A stretch of 64,000 bases of DNA, taken from contig OY970176.1 of assembly GCA_963707955.1 (NCBI GenBank), positions 1,056,001-1,120,000 of the forward strand, read 5' to 3'. The position numbers and the translations under genes are program-made. This DNA comes from Candidatus Bathyarchaeota archaeon (GTDB lineage Archaea; Thermoproteota; Bathyarchaeia; Bathyarchaeales; Bathycorpusculaceae). This document shows, piece after piece, positions 20,136-29,388 of this stretch (its first letter is position 1; every line of letters begins with the position of its first letter). Below the pieces are notes generated by a model, which saw only the letters and a list, made by a program, of their open reading frames with translations, searched no databases and had not been told where the DNA came from.

Positions 20136-21218
20136 CTATTCACCGATTTCTCTCACCAGTATTTGGACTATCCTTTTCCCTGCCTTGCCATCGCCGAAGG
20201 GGTTTTTCCATCGATTCTTCCTGTTTAGCATGAGCTCCGTTTTCTTGACAATCTCATCAGGATCCGCGCCTGCTAAAACATTCGCTCCAACCTCTACGGT
20301 CTCGGGTCTTTCAGTGTTGTATCTCAAGGTTACGCATGGAACACCCAAGATGCACGTTTCCTCTTGAACACCGCCGGAATCTGTCAGAACGAGTTCTGCG
20401 TTACTTTCAAGGTAGAGGAAACTCAAGTAGTCAAGAGGGCTGATCATTTTGACACCCTTCGCTTCGAGCTTGAATCCCTTGAGTCTTTTCTTAGCTCTCG
20501 GGTGGACCGGATAGATAACGGGAATGGCGAATCGTTCGTTGACCTTTTCCAATCCTTTCAATATGCCTTGAAACCTTTCAACATTGTCGACACTTTCTTG
20601 ACGATGAATAGTAACGAGGAAGTAATTCTTGGGCTTTATCCCAAGCTTGCGGCGTTTGATTCCCTTGTGCGTGGCTATTTCTAGATTCTGGTGGACAGCG
20701 TCCACTATTGTGTTGCCAGTTACGAATATTTCTTCTTTCGGAACCCCTTCAGCCAGCAATGTGTTCTTTGAGTTTTTGGTGGGCGCAAACAGCAGGTCTG
20801 AGCAGTGGTCTGTCAAGATTCTGTTTATTTCTTCGGGCATATGCCTGTCATAGCTTCTTAAGCCCGCTTCGACATGGCCGACTTTGATGCCGAGTTTTGC
20901 TGCGGCTAGGGCACCTGCAAGAACGGTGTTGGTGTCACCTTCGACTAAAACAACATGGGGTTTTTCTTCGAGGAGAACCTTCTCTATCCCGATAAGCATC
21001 TTTCCTGTCTGTTCTGCGTGTGTTCCAGAGCCAACGTCAAGGTTATGCTTGGCTTCGGGTAGCCCGAGCTGTTCGAAAAAGATTTTGTCCATGTTATATG
21101 AATAGTGTTGCCCCGTGTGTACGATGAAGAAGTCCAAATCAAGTCGGATGCATTGTCGGATAATCGGGGAGAACTTGATGATTTCAGGTCTGGTTCCGAG
21201 TATGATTGCGATCTTCAT
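20136..21218 (-). CDS. wecB: UDP-N-acetylglucosamine 2-epimerase (non-hydrolysing)
   Basis: GTRPEIIK, HTGQHY, GDTNT, HVEAGLRS, TDSGGVQEE, TERPE, PFGDG. Confidence 0.96.
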   Translation of the reverse strand: MKIAIILGTRPEIIKFSPIIRQCIRLDLDFFIVHTGQHYSYNMDKIFFEQLGLPEAKHNLDVGSGTHAEQTGKMLIGIEKVLLEEKPHVVLVEGDTNTVLAGALAAAKLGIKVGHVEAGLRSYDRHMPEEINRILTDHCSDLLFAPTKNSKNTLLAEGVPKEEIFVTGNTIVDAVHQNLEIATHKGIKRRKLGIKPKNYFLVTIHRQESVDNVERFQGILKGLEKVNERFAIPVIYPVHPRAKKRLKGFKLEAKGVKMISPLDYLSFLYLESNAELVLTDSGGVQEETCILGVPCVTLRYNTERPETVEVGANVLAGADPDEIVKKTELMLNRKNRWKNPFGDGKAGKRIVQILVREIGE

Positions 21219-21221
21219 TCT

Positions 21222-21233
21222 TAGCGCGCGCTA
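21222..21233. repeat. Type copy of the dispersed intergenic palindrome TAGCGCGCGCTA
   Basis: Perfect 12-bp palindrome. Related copies at 18929, 20128, 22378, 23193, 24219, 26536, 27432, 29369, 52433 and 53793. Confidence 0.75.
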
Positions 21234-21506
21234 CTATCCTGTCCCTTTGTATTTAAGACTTCTCAGAAAACAGATGAACGGCACTACAAGCGAAACTGCC
21301 AACTGTAAGGTAAAGATTAGGCGATGCTTCTGCGAGCAGTGATGGAATTCCTAGTCATCTGACCCTTATGTGCACATGCTTTTTCGCATTTCCGACAGCT
21401 AGTTTGTTAAGGTTTCAGGTTTTGAAATATGTCAAATGGCGCAGTATTCTAGGTCAAGAACTAGGCATATTATAGCTTACGATACAATATAAACAAGGTG
21501 GCGAAT

Positions 21507-21650
21507 ATGGAAATAGTGAATTGGAAACATCTCAAAAAACGAGACGAACAACTAACTCTGTCAATAATAGAAAACGCAAACAACGCCATGAAGAACGCGT
21601 ACTACGCCAGCCAATGGGCCACGATACACCAAGGAAACGATTCCTACTGA
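21507..21650 (+). CDS. Small hypothetical protein (47 aa), absent from the ORF track
   Basis: MEIVNWKHLKKRDEQLTLSIIENANNAMKNAYYASQWATIHQGNDSY*. An SD-like AAGGTGG lies 5 nt before the ATG. Confidence 0.5.
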   Translation: MEIVNWKHLKKRDEQLTLSIIENANNAMKNAYYASQWATIHQGNDSY

Positions 21651-21807
21651 AAAGAACGTGCACGGCCTAATAGTCTCCTGAATCAAAACTATGCTAGGTT
21701 TCATGGTATTCCAGTCTTGCAGTTTTGTCTATGATGGTTTCTGCCTCTATATTCTTGGTTCATAACGTTTTTCTCTATACTAGGCGTCAACTTGTCTAGA
21801 TGAGAGC

Positions 21808-22332
21808 ATGAATCTGAAGACCTTTCTTCAAGGCCCTTGGTTTCAAAGAAGCGTTCTTCTCGTATGGCTTGTCAGCTCTGCTCTTGTCATGTTTTCCCAG
21901 AAAACCATTGACTCGATTGTTAACGTAACGCTGTATGGTTATGGACTGCAGTTCAGCAATAAATGGGCAATACCCTATTGGACATATGCACGGTTGCTCT
22001 ATGCTACTCAATTTGTCTGCATCGCCCTAAGCGCGGTAGCCTTGACCTCAGGCTTTCTAAAAAAGGACAATAGCGATAAACACGTTCCGAAACCCGAAGA
22101 GAGAATCGATAAAAAAGCCGCTGCACGAGAAGAGACAAAGGGACGCACTATAGTTATCTCTTGCTCCTCTTGCAAAAGAGTCGTCAGCAAACCGTTAGTC
22201 ATGCTGGATTTCAGCGGCGGAAAAGCCAAGCTCGTAAACGTCTGCCCCTACTGCAACACTGTTCTAGGCAAAGCTGAGAAACAGAATGATACTGAAACAA
22301 TCGTAGACCCAGGGAAGGAAGTCGTTCAATAG
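21808..22332 (+). CDS. Membrane protein (2 TM) with C-terminal zinc ribbon
   Basis: Two hydrophobic segments, then CSSC...CPYC. Confidence 0.75.
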   Translation: MNLKTFLQGPWFQRSVLLVWLVSSALVMFSQKTIDSIVNVTLYGYGLQFSNKWAIPYWTYARLLYATQFVCIALSAVALTSGFLKKDNSDKHVPKPEERIDKKAAAREETKGRTIVISCSSCKRVVSKPLVMLDFSGGKAKLVNVCPYCNTVLGKAEKQNDTETIVDPGKEVVQ

Positions 22333-22501
22333 AAGCGTCCGCTTAGACGATGGCAAGTGCTAGGTCAGTGTTAGGAGCCGGCGCGCTGGTGACTAACCGA
22401 AAAGGCAAGCATTATGTATTGAAAATAGGAATGTGAATAAACTATTGAAAATCAGAGTCTGGGTGAACCCAGACTAGTTTTGAGAATGGGGTCTGACGGA
22501 T

Positions 22502-23167
22502 TTGAACCAGAGAACTAGAAACAACATGATCGTGTTTGCTCCCCACCCTGACGACGAGACATTGGCATGCGGCGGAACTATCGTTAAGAAGCTCGAAGAA
22601 GGATTTGACGTCTACGTTACTGTTATGACAGATGGGCGCCATTCTCATGACGTCACACTTGGCCTCGCGCAACCTTCGCCCGAAACGATAGCGGAAATAC
22701 GTGCGACAGAGTTGAAGGAAGCCACCCGTGTCCTGGGAGTCAATCCTAGTAATCTGATTCTCCTATGGTTTGAAGATGGCAAGCTAAGGGAGCACATGAA
22801 TGAAGCAAGAGAGAGGACTGTTCGGATTCTTCACGAGGTACGTCCAGTCGAGATATACATGCCTTACAGAGACGACGCCAATGACGATCACCGGACAACC
22901 TACGAAATCGTTACTGGCAGTGTCAGGGAAGCCGATCTGCTCCCTAAAATGTACGAATACTCCGCATGGAATGGAAAGATCCCTCGCCCAGAATTGAAAG
23001 TGTTTGTGATAGGTATTCATGGGGAATTGGGAAGAAAAATGGAAGCCATCTCCAAATACAAGAGTCAGATCTCAACGTGTTTTCCAAAACAGGAAAAAGC
23101 AGTCCTAAGCGAAGAGTTCGTGAACATGTTCCGTTCTGAAACGGAAACATTCTACACAAAAGAATAA
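22502..23167 (+). CDS. PIG-L/LmbE family N-deacetylase
   Basis: FAPHPDDETLACGG, MTDG, DANDDH, YKSQ. Confidence 0.92.
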   Translation: MNQRTRNNMIVFAPHPDDETLACGGTIVKKLEEGFDVYVTVMTDGRHSHDVTLGLAQPSPETIAEIRATELKEATRVLGVNPSNLILLWFEDGKLREHMNEARERTVRILHEVRPVEIYMPYRDDANDDHRTTYEIVTGSVREADLLPKMYEYSAWNGKIPRPELKVFVIGIHGELGRKMEAISKYKSQISTCFPKQEKAVLSEEFVNMFRSETETFYTKE

Positions 23168-23403
23168 CCAAGACCCATAACGTGCCTATTTTGCACGCGC
23201 GCCGTTCTGGAGTTTCCTTCGTTGCTCATTCCGCCCCCGTCTATGATAATGACGTTATTAGCAGTGGTGGTCCGCAGAAGAAAACGCGTGTTCTACCGTC
23301 TGCATAAGAGAAACTGGAAGCGCGAGACTCACGACATAGAAAGTGCCTCTGCACGTCTTTGGCACAGAATGCCTTAAGAATGATGACCCTGCTGGATATG
23401 TGC

Positions 23404-24036
23404 ATGACAAAGCTGTATTTTCTCGGCGGGGAAGACGTGGCAGAAAGAGACTCTAAAGAAATCAATGAAAAAGCGTTTATGGAAGCTGGTGGAACACCTG
23501 TTGTTCTGATTTTCAACTGGACAGCAGAATCAGCTGACAAAATGGGAAAATACGGGAAGATAATGGCTGATTACTTTGAAGACATTGGTGCAAGCGCCGT
23601 CGAATTTGCAGAATGTTCAGATTCGCTGGAAGAAATTGCTCAGAAGGCTAAGCGTTCAGACTTGATATACCTGCCCGGCGGCGTCACGAGAATTCTGCTT
23701 GAACGTATACTAGATGCAAAAGTCGACAGCTTATTGCGAGAATACGAGAAAATCATCGTTGGAAACAGTGCAGGTGCCCTAGCCCTTGGCAGAGACTGCA
23801 TACTCACCAGAGGTAAACGCAACAAGAGAACCGTGATAATTCCAGGCCTCGGTCTAGTGGACTTCAGTGTTAAAGTTCACTACAAAGCTTCAAGGGATCG
23901 CGAATTGAAACAGCTTTCATACGAAAGAAAAATATACGCCATCCCCGAGGGCTGTGCACTCATTTATGACAGCGGCTCTGTATCCGGCATTGGGGACATC
24001 TACCTGTTTCAAAACGGAGAGAAGACCAAGCAGTGA
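23404..24036 (+). CDS. Peptidase E / S51 family (class I glutamine amidotransferase-like)
   Basis: LYFLGG, IYLPGG, nucleophile elbow GNSAGA, GLGLVDFSVKVHY. Probable start is ATG 23404. Confidence 0.85.
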   Translation: MTKLYFLGGEDVAERDSKEINEKAFMEAGGTPVVLIFNWTAESADKMGKYGKIMADYFEDIGASAVEFAECSDSLEEIAQKAKRSDLIYLPGGVTRILLERILDAKVDSLLREYEKIIVGNSAGALALGRDCILTRGKRNKRTVIIPGLGLVDFSVKVHYKASRDRELKQLSYERKIYAIPEGCALIYDSGSVSGIGDIYLFQNGEKTKQ

Positions 24037-24346
24037 ATGGAAACATTGCTCAGAGTCCAAACTTCTCTGAACTTGTTGAAGCCTACTATTTCTTCGACGG
24101 TTTTCCTTTTTCTGGTCGTTAGGCAACGGCGAAAATCCTCTTTTTTGCTGCTGGATGCAATATCGCTCAGAGCAAAAACTTGCTTACCAACAATACGATA
24201 GAGACTATGATGTAAGTCTAGCGCGCGCCGAACTCGGCGTACGCCTTAGGTTCGAAATTCCGAAGTTTTATTGAAGGCAAAGTTTCTTGAGAAATGAATG
24301 CGAAATCGTTAAAACCCCGTGTTACAAATTCAACTGAGGGGTTCTC

Positions 24347-25531
24347 ATGATTAACAATCGAAGATACCTGTTCACTTCGGAGTCTGTGGCAGAAGGTCAT
24401 CCGGACAAGGTCGCTGACCAGATATCAGACGCTGTCCTTGATGCTGTCTTCAGCAAGGATCCTAAAGCAAGAGTTGACTGTGAAACACTTGTGATGCAAG
24501 GAAACGTAATAGTCACTGGTCAGATCACGACCTCTTGCTACGTGGACATTCCCTACATTACTAGAAAAACTTTAAAGGAAATAGGCTTGGATAACGCCAA
24601 AGATGGAATGGACTGGGAGACCTGCGGCGTGTTGGTTTCGATAACCGAGCAGTCCCCAGATATTGCCATGGGAGTCAACGAGTCCGAGGCTCATGAACAG
24701 GGAGCTGGAGACCAAGGAATGGTGTTCGGCTACGCCACAAACGAGACGAAGGAATTTATGCCTTTACCAATCATGTTTGCGCACAACCTTGTGAGAAGAC
24801 TTTCCGAGTGCAGAAAGAACAAAGTTTTGCCATACCTGAGGCCAGACGGCAAGTCGCAGGTCACAGTTGAATATGTGAATGGAAAACCAAAAAGAGTGGA
24901 GGCTGTTGTAATAGCCGCTCAGCACGTTGAGAGCGTTGACAGAGAGAAGATGAAGCAAGACGTGATAAGTCAAGTCATAAAGAAGGTCATACCCTCAGAC
25001 ATGCTGGATAAGGAAACAAAATACTTTGTCAATGAGACGGGAAGGTTCGTTGTCGGAGGAACTCTAGCAGATTCGGGTTTAACTGGAAGAAAAATAATAG
25101 TCGACACGTACGGAGGCGTCGGCAGTCACGGCGGAGGATGCTTTTCCGGAAAAGACCCCTCAAAAGTCGATAGGTCTGGCTGTTACATGGCAAGGTACAT
25201 CGCAAAAAACGTTGTGGCAGCAGGTTTGGCAGACCAATGCGAGGTCCAGATATCTTATGCCATAGGCGTGGCACAACCAGTTTCTGTGATGGTAAACACG
25301 TTTGGCACGGGCAAGATACCTGACGAAAGAATCCTTGAATTGGTCAAAACACATTTCGACATGAGACCCAAAGCAATAATAAATCATCTGAATTTGCTCA
25401 GACCAATATACAGAAAAACGGCCGTTTTTGGCCACTTTGGCAGAGACGACCCAGACTTCACATGGGAAAAAACCGACAAAGCAGAGATCCTCAAGAAGCA
25501 CGCCGGATTACCACGACCAGCTCAGACCTAG
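24347..25531 (+). CDS. metK: S-adenosylmethionine synthetase, bacterial/eukaryotic type
   Basis: [57 protein letters not shown]. Confidence 0.97.
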   Translation: MINNRRYLFTSESVAEGHPDKVADQISDAVLDAVFSKDPKARVDCETLVMQGNVIVTGQITTSCYVDIPYITRKTLKEIGLDNAKDGMDWETCGVLVSITEQSPDIAMGVNESEAHEQGAGDQGMVFGYATNETKEFMPLPIMFAHNLVRRLSECRKNKVLPYLRPDGKSQVTVEYVNGKPKRVEAVVIAAQHVESVDREKMKQDVISQVIKKVIPSDMLDKETKYFVNETGRFVVGGTLADSGLTGRKIIVDTYGGVGSHGGGCFSGKDPSKVDRSGCYMARYIAKNVVAAGLADQCEVQISYAIGVAQPVSVMVNTFGTGKIPDERILELVKTHFDMRPKAIINHLNLLRPIYRKTAVFGHFGRDDPDFTWEKTDKAEILKKHAGLPRPAQT

Positions 25532-25553
25532 GACAAATAATAGACAATCGCTA

Positions 25554-25571
25554 GTGGTGACCGGTGGGTAT
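25554..25571 (-). repeat. Degenerate copy of the tRNA-Ala 3' end (att-like remnant)
   Basis: GTGGTG-ACCGGTGGGTAT vs tRNA-Ala GTGGTGGACCGGTGGGGAT (29388-29406), same orientation. Confidence 0.5.
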
Positions 25572-25707
25572 CCGCAAAGGATTTTTATGCATTTGGGATT
25601 TGCGGGAAATACGGAAGCACCACAAAGACGGAACCTCCAAATCCTTAAACGGATTGACTGACCATTATCTAACTGTAGTAAGAGGTAGGAACTAAGGATT
25701 GGTTTTC

Positions 25708-26445
25708 ATGAATCTTAAGGATAGGCTCGTAATTGTCACTGGCGCTTCTTCAGGAATAGGTCTGGCGACAGCGAGACTTCTTGCTAAACAGGGCGCGAAA
25801 CTGGCTCTCGTCTCCCGTTCAAAAGAGAAGTTGGAGCAGCTCTCAATTGAACTTCCAGGCTCGTTGGCTGTTCCCGCCGACATGACGAGAATCTATGATA
25901 TCGAGAGCATGATTAATCGGACGATGGAACACTTCGGGAGAATCGACGTTCTAATCAACTGTGCCGGTCAAGGATATGACGCTCCAGTTGAGAAGACTAA
26001 CGTTGACACTTTCCATCACATCTTCGACTTAGACGTGGTCGGCCCGCTCGTTGCCATGAAACAGGTCATCCCAATCATGCGGAAGCAGGGCGGAGGAACG
26101 ATCATTAACATCAGCTCCGGCACCGCGCTGATGTATCTGCCGAACAACGGGGCATATTCAGCCCTGAAACGAGCGCTTGCCAACATCACCTTGACCGCAC
26201 GAGAAGAATTGAAGAAGGATAACATTGTTGTCAGTGTCGTGTACCCATACATTACACTCACCGATTTCGAGAAAAACACCATTAAAGATGCCGTTCCTGA
26301 AGACGGAGAGCAAGGAGGCTCCATTCCGTTTCAAGCCGACACCGCGGAGCATGTGGCCCAGAAGATACTGGAAGGAATAGAAAGCGGAGAAGCAGAAATC
26401 TTCGCCCACGATTGGATGAAGAAAAGAGCTGATGCAAACCCCTAA
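25708..26445 (+). CDS. Short-chain dehydrogenase/reductase
   Basis: TGASSGIG, INCAG, NISS, YSALK. Confidence 0.93.
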   Translation: MNLKDRLVIVTGASSGIGLATARLLAKQGAKLALVSRSKEKLEQLSIELPGSLAVPADMTRIYDIESMINRTMEHFGRIDVLINCAGQGYDAPVEKTNVDTFHHIFDLDVVGPLVAMKQVIPIMRKQGGGTIINISSGTALMYLPNNGAYSALKRALANITLTAREELKKDNIVVSVVYPYITLTDFEKNTIKDAVPEDGEQGGSIPFQADTAEHVAQKILEGIESGEAEIFAHDWMKKRADANP

Positions 26446-26486
26446 CCTCGCTGCTTCGACGTTTGTAGGGATTCTGGGAAACCCCA

Positions 26487-26505
26487 GCGGGGGGGGGATT
26501 TGAAC
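26487..26505 (-). repeat. tRNA T-loop/3'-half-like remnant
   Basis: The minus strand reads GTTCAAAT followed by a C run and GC, with no tRNA 5' half. Confidence 0.35.
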
Positions 26506-26605
26506 AAGCGTTCACCAGTAAAATGCTGCAGCTTCAGCGCGCGCTAGACTTATATGCGAAGATTCATCTAGAGGAAAATCACAGCGCAAGTGGTTAAGTT
26601 GGGAG

Positions 26606-27334
26606 ATGATAGTTATGCCTGACGTCTTGAAAATTATTCAGCAGAGACGGTCAAGCAGGGTTCCTTTTAATCCGAATCATCCGGTTTCCAACAAGAACCT
26701 GAGGCAGATCCTCGAGGCGGCGCGTTGGGCGCCGACGGCTCACAACATGCAGAACTTCGAAATTCTTGTCGTTGATGACAAGGAGGTTCTGGAGAAGATT
26801 GGAAAAATCAAGTCTCGTGTGTCGGAAGCATTCATCCGTGAGAACTACCAGCAGCTGTCATTCTCGGAAGAGGAGTTGCTTCAGAAGAAGGTCGGGATCC
26901 TCGGCACCAATTTTCCGCCGGATTGGAGGGATCCTGCCAAGCTGGACAAGGTTGTCCGTAAGAGTGCGCCTTCGCCCCTGAACCAGCGCATCAGAGGTAG
27001 TCCGCTGCTGCTGATAGTGATTTATGATTCTAGGAAGAGAGCGCCTGCCTCCGAGGGGGATGTTTTGGGTTTCATTAGCTTGGGTTGTGTAATGGAGAAC
27101 ATGTGGCTTGTGGCCCAGTTGTTTGGGATAAGCGTTCACATATTGAGTGTGTTCAGCGGAGATGTCGTGGAAAAAGAGGTGAAGCGGATTCTCAACATTC
27201 CTGAATCCATGAAGATTGCTTTTGCCATGCGTCTGGGATACCCCGTCTCTAGGCCGGCTAAACACCTGAGAGTGCGCCGTGACGTGGAAATGCTTACGCA
27301 TCATAATGGGTTTGGGAACAAGGGCTTCAGCTGA
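26606..27334 (+). CDS. Nitroreductase family protein
   Basis: RRSSR, LEAARWAPTAHNMQ, ENMWLVA, RLGYP. Confidence 0.9.
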   Translation: MIVMPDVLKIIQQRRSSRVPFNPNHPVSNKNLRQILEAARWAPTAHNMQNFEILVVDDKEVLEKIGKIKSRVSEAFIRENYQQLSFSEEELLQKKVGILGTNFPPDWRDPAKLDKVVRKSAPSPLNQRIRGSPLLLIVIYDSRKRAPASEGDVLGFISLGCVMENMWLVAQLFGISVHILSVFSGDVVEKEVKRILNIPESMKIAFAMRLGYPVSRPAKHLRVRRDVEMLTHHNGFGNKGFS

Positions 27335-27515
27335 GAAAACCTTGTCTTGTTTTCACGATTAGCTGGTTTGCGGAGAGGAAGTTTGAGGCGTTGTTGGAAT
27401 GGGAGTGAACTTGCAAGTTTTAGGTATGCAATAGCGCGCGCTGGAAAGGTTGCGCTGGTAACCAGTCTTCTTGTTCAAGTTTGCTGTAAGGTGTCATCTG
27501 TGCCATGCATGTTGA

Positions 27516-27989
27516 CTATTGCGTGGTTTTTGCCTTTTCCAGGTGCATTTCTTCGAGTTTTCTGTATTTTTTCGCGCGCTCTTCGAAAAGATTCGATATG
27601 CTGGTTCTGTACGCTCTGAACTCTCGGCATATGTCAGATTCTGATTCGTCATCCATTTCCCTGGCCATGGACCCGTGACTTTTGGCCTTTTGAGCATCGA
27701 CATCGCTGATCTTTCGTTCACTGAACGCTATTGCTGCATAATGCTTTTGACGTCTGGCCACGGTTTCAACATCCTTTGCAAGCCTAGCGTACAGCCTTGC
27801 TTTCTGTCTCTCAAGTTCCTTTCTTTCCTTCGGTGTCATCCTAAGGTTAGCCTCCGTGAAGCCCAATCGGAACAAGGCCTCATGGATACCGTGTTTTGCA
27901 CCGGTTGTGTCTCCTTTCTCTAAACACATCAGTGCATAATGCAGTGCGCCCAAGACTGGTTGCGGGTCTAGGGTCAAATCTTTCGTCAT
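27516..27989 (-). CDS. Hypothetical helical protein
   Basis: 157-aa ORF with ATG preceded by GGTGA and an upstream TTTAAA/TTAATA promoter-like tract. No family recognised. Confidence 0.65.
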   Translation of the reverse strand: MTKDLTLDPQPVLGALHYALMCLEKGDTTGAKHGIHEALFRLGFTEANLRMTPKERKELERQKARLYARLAKDVETVARRQKHYAAIAFSERKISDVDAQKAKSHGSMAREMDDESESDICREFRAYRTSISNLFEERAKKYRKLEEMHLEKAKTTQ

Positions 27990-28083
27990 TTTTTCACCGT
28001 ATCTTCAGATTTAAGCTATATTAAGTCTGAAACATTTAAATTTTTCAAGGAGCACTAAGACTTTTTCCACGTATCATTCAACG

Positions 28084-29307
28084 CTAGAAGTAGGGCTGAT
28101 TTTTCGCAAGGCTCTCTGTGAGGTCCGAGTAGGTGTCGATGATGACTTCTCTCAAATCCGTTCTCTGGCTTTTTTTCTCCACTCTTTCCCGCAGAATTTC
28201 AGAGAGGTTTCCACATTCTATCCTTCTCTGGATTATAGGGAGATATTTTTTTTCGTCTGCTGTGGCGTTCCCCAGAGCGACGTTGTAATAATATTCGCAG
28301 ACTCGACGTGCAGTCTCTCCGTGTGGATGATGAACGCTGGCCCTGAGTCCATTCATCATGATCGCGTTGAGATCCTGTACTAGGACTGTGTGAGGGAGAA
28401 ACTCTGGGTCCTGATTCATTAGTCCCCTCAGTACCGCTCTGATGAAACAGCTCAATGCGACGTCTGATTTGATGCATTCTTGCTCATCCATTATTCGAAT
28501 TTCGATGGCTCTTCTGTCGAACCTGAATATCACTCCTCGGCTGTTCACCCATTCCTTGTTCAGGACAAGCTTGTCAGCACCTGCGTTGGATAGATCGTCT
28601 GAGTACTTGCCTATAATGTTCGTTTTATACTGGCTGAATGAGGACGTGTATTCTGGAATCACGTCGCCGGTTACTGATGGGATTTCTTTTTGGTTTTGCA
28701 TGTAGAAGTACAGTCTGTTGTCGACTCCGTCTCCGAGCCTGCCCTCGTAGATTGGTGAAGAAGCGCTAATTGCGGACAAGTAAGGGCATATGTTTGCAAG
28801 CGTGTTGTTAAGCAGGATTGCGCTTTCTTCGTTTGAGTATGAGAGGTTGAGGTGGAAGCTCTGAATGTTGAGCCATCCGTGCCGTCTCAGATTGAAGATT
28901 TTGCCGTAAGCCTCGTAGATTTGTCTGTGGCGGTGGGGCCAAATTCCCGTTTCGTCGAGTTCTAGTAGTGGGTGCATGCCCGTTCCAAGAAGATGCGCGT
29001 GAAACTTACGTTGCAGGAAATCCTGAATCGTCAAGATAGTTTCCTGCATCGTCTCCTCAAACTCCACCGGCGTCTTGAACGGAGCGTTAGGCTTGAATTC
29101 CATGACGTGCAGCTGAAGCTCTTTGCCAAAGGTAAAGCTTGGCTGTCTTACGAAGTTGACAACTCGGCCATGGAAAGCCTTTATGATTTTGTCTACGATG
29201 GGCAATGCCTCAAGCGCGTCATTCACAATTGAAAACTCGTGCTCTGGACCTAGGACTTCCAAGGTCTTGTACGTGAAGGCTCCACTCTTGCTGAAGCTGT
29301 TCTCCAT
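28084..29307 (-). CDS. Glutamate--cysteine ligase family 2 (GCS2/YbdK-like carboxylate-amine ligase)
   Basis: LGPEHEF, KELQLHVMEFK, GTGMHP, IQSFHLNL, SASSP, AIEIRIMDEQE. The start is uncertain (29307 or nearby). Confidence 0.85.
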   Translation of the reverse strand: MENSFSKSGAFTYKTLEVLGPEHEFSIVNDALEALPIVDKIIKAFHGRVVNFVRQPSFTFGKELQLHVMEFKPNAPFKTPVEFEETMQETILTIQDFLQRKFHAHLLGTGMHPLLELDETGIWPHRHRQIYEAYGKIFNLRRHGWLNIQSFHLNLSYSNEESAILLNNTLANICPYLSAISASSPIYEGRLGDGVDNRLYFYMQNQKEIPSVTGDVIPEYTSSFSQYKTNIIGKYSDDLSNAGADKLVLNKEWVNSRGVIFRFDRRAIEIRIMDEQECIKSDVALSCFIRAVLRGLMNQDPEFLPHTVLVQDLNAIMMNGLRASVHHPHGETARRVCEYYYNVALGNATADEKKYLPIIQRRIECGNLSEILRERVEKKSQRTDLREVIIDTYSDLTESLAKNQPYF

Positions 29308-29388
29308 GATTGAATATAAAGCTACAATCAAACACATTGTGCAAGTACGCAGGGTTACAAGGGAAAAGGCGCGCGCGCATAAAAATGG

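Noticed and set aside
23263-23274. AGTGGTGGTCCG as another tRNA-3' remnant
   Set aside because: Too short to distinguish from chance.
24311-24346. AACCCC/GGGGTT stem covering the metK SD (SAM-III-like riboswitch?)
   Set aside because: CGAAATCG-TTAAAA at ~24301-24314 looks like BRE/TATA, so the 5' arm is probably not transcribed. There is no SAM riboswitch consensus.
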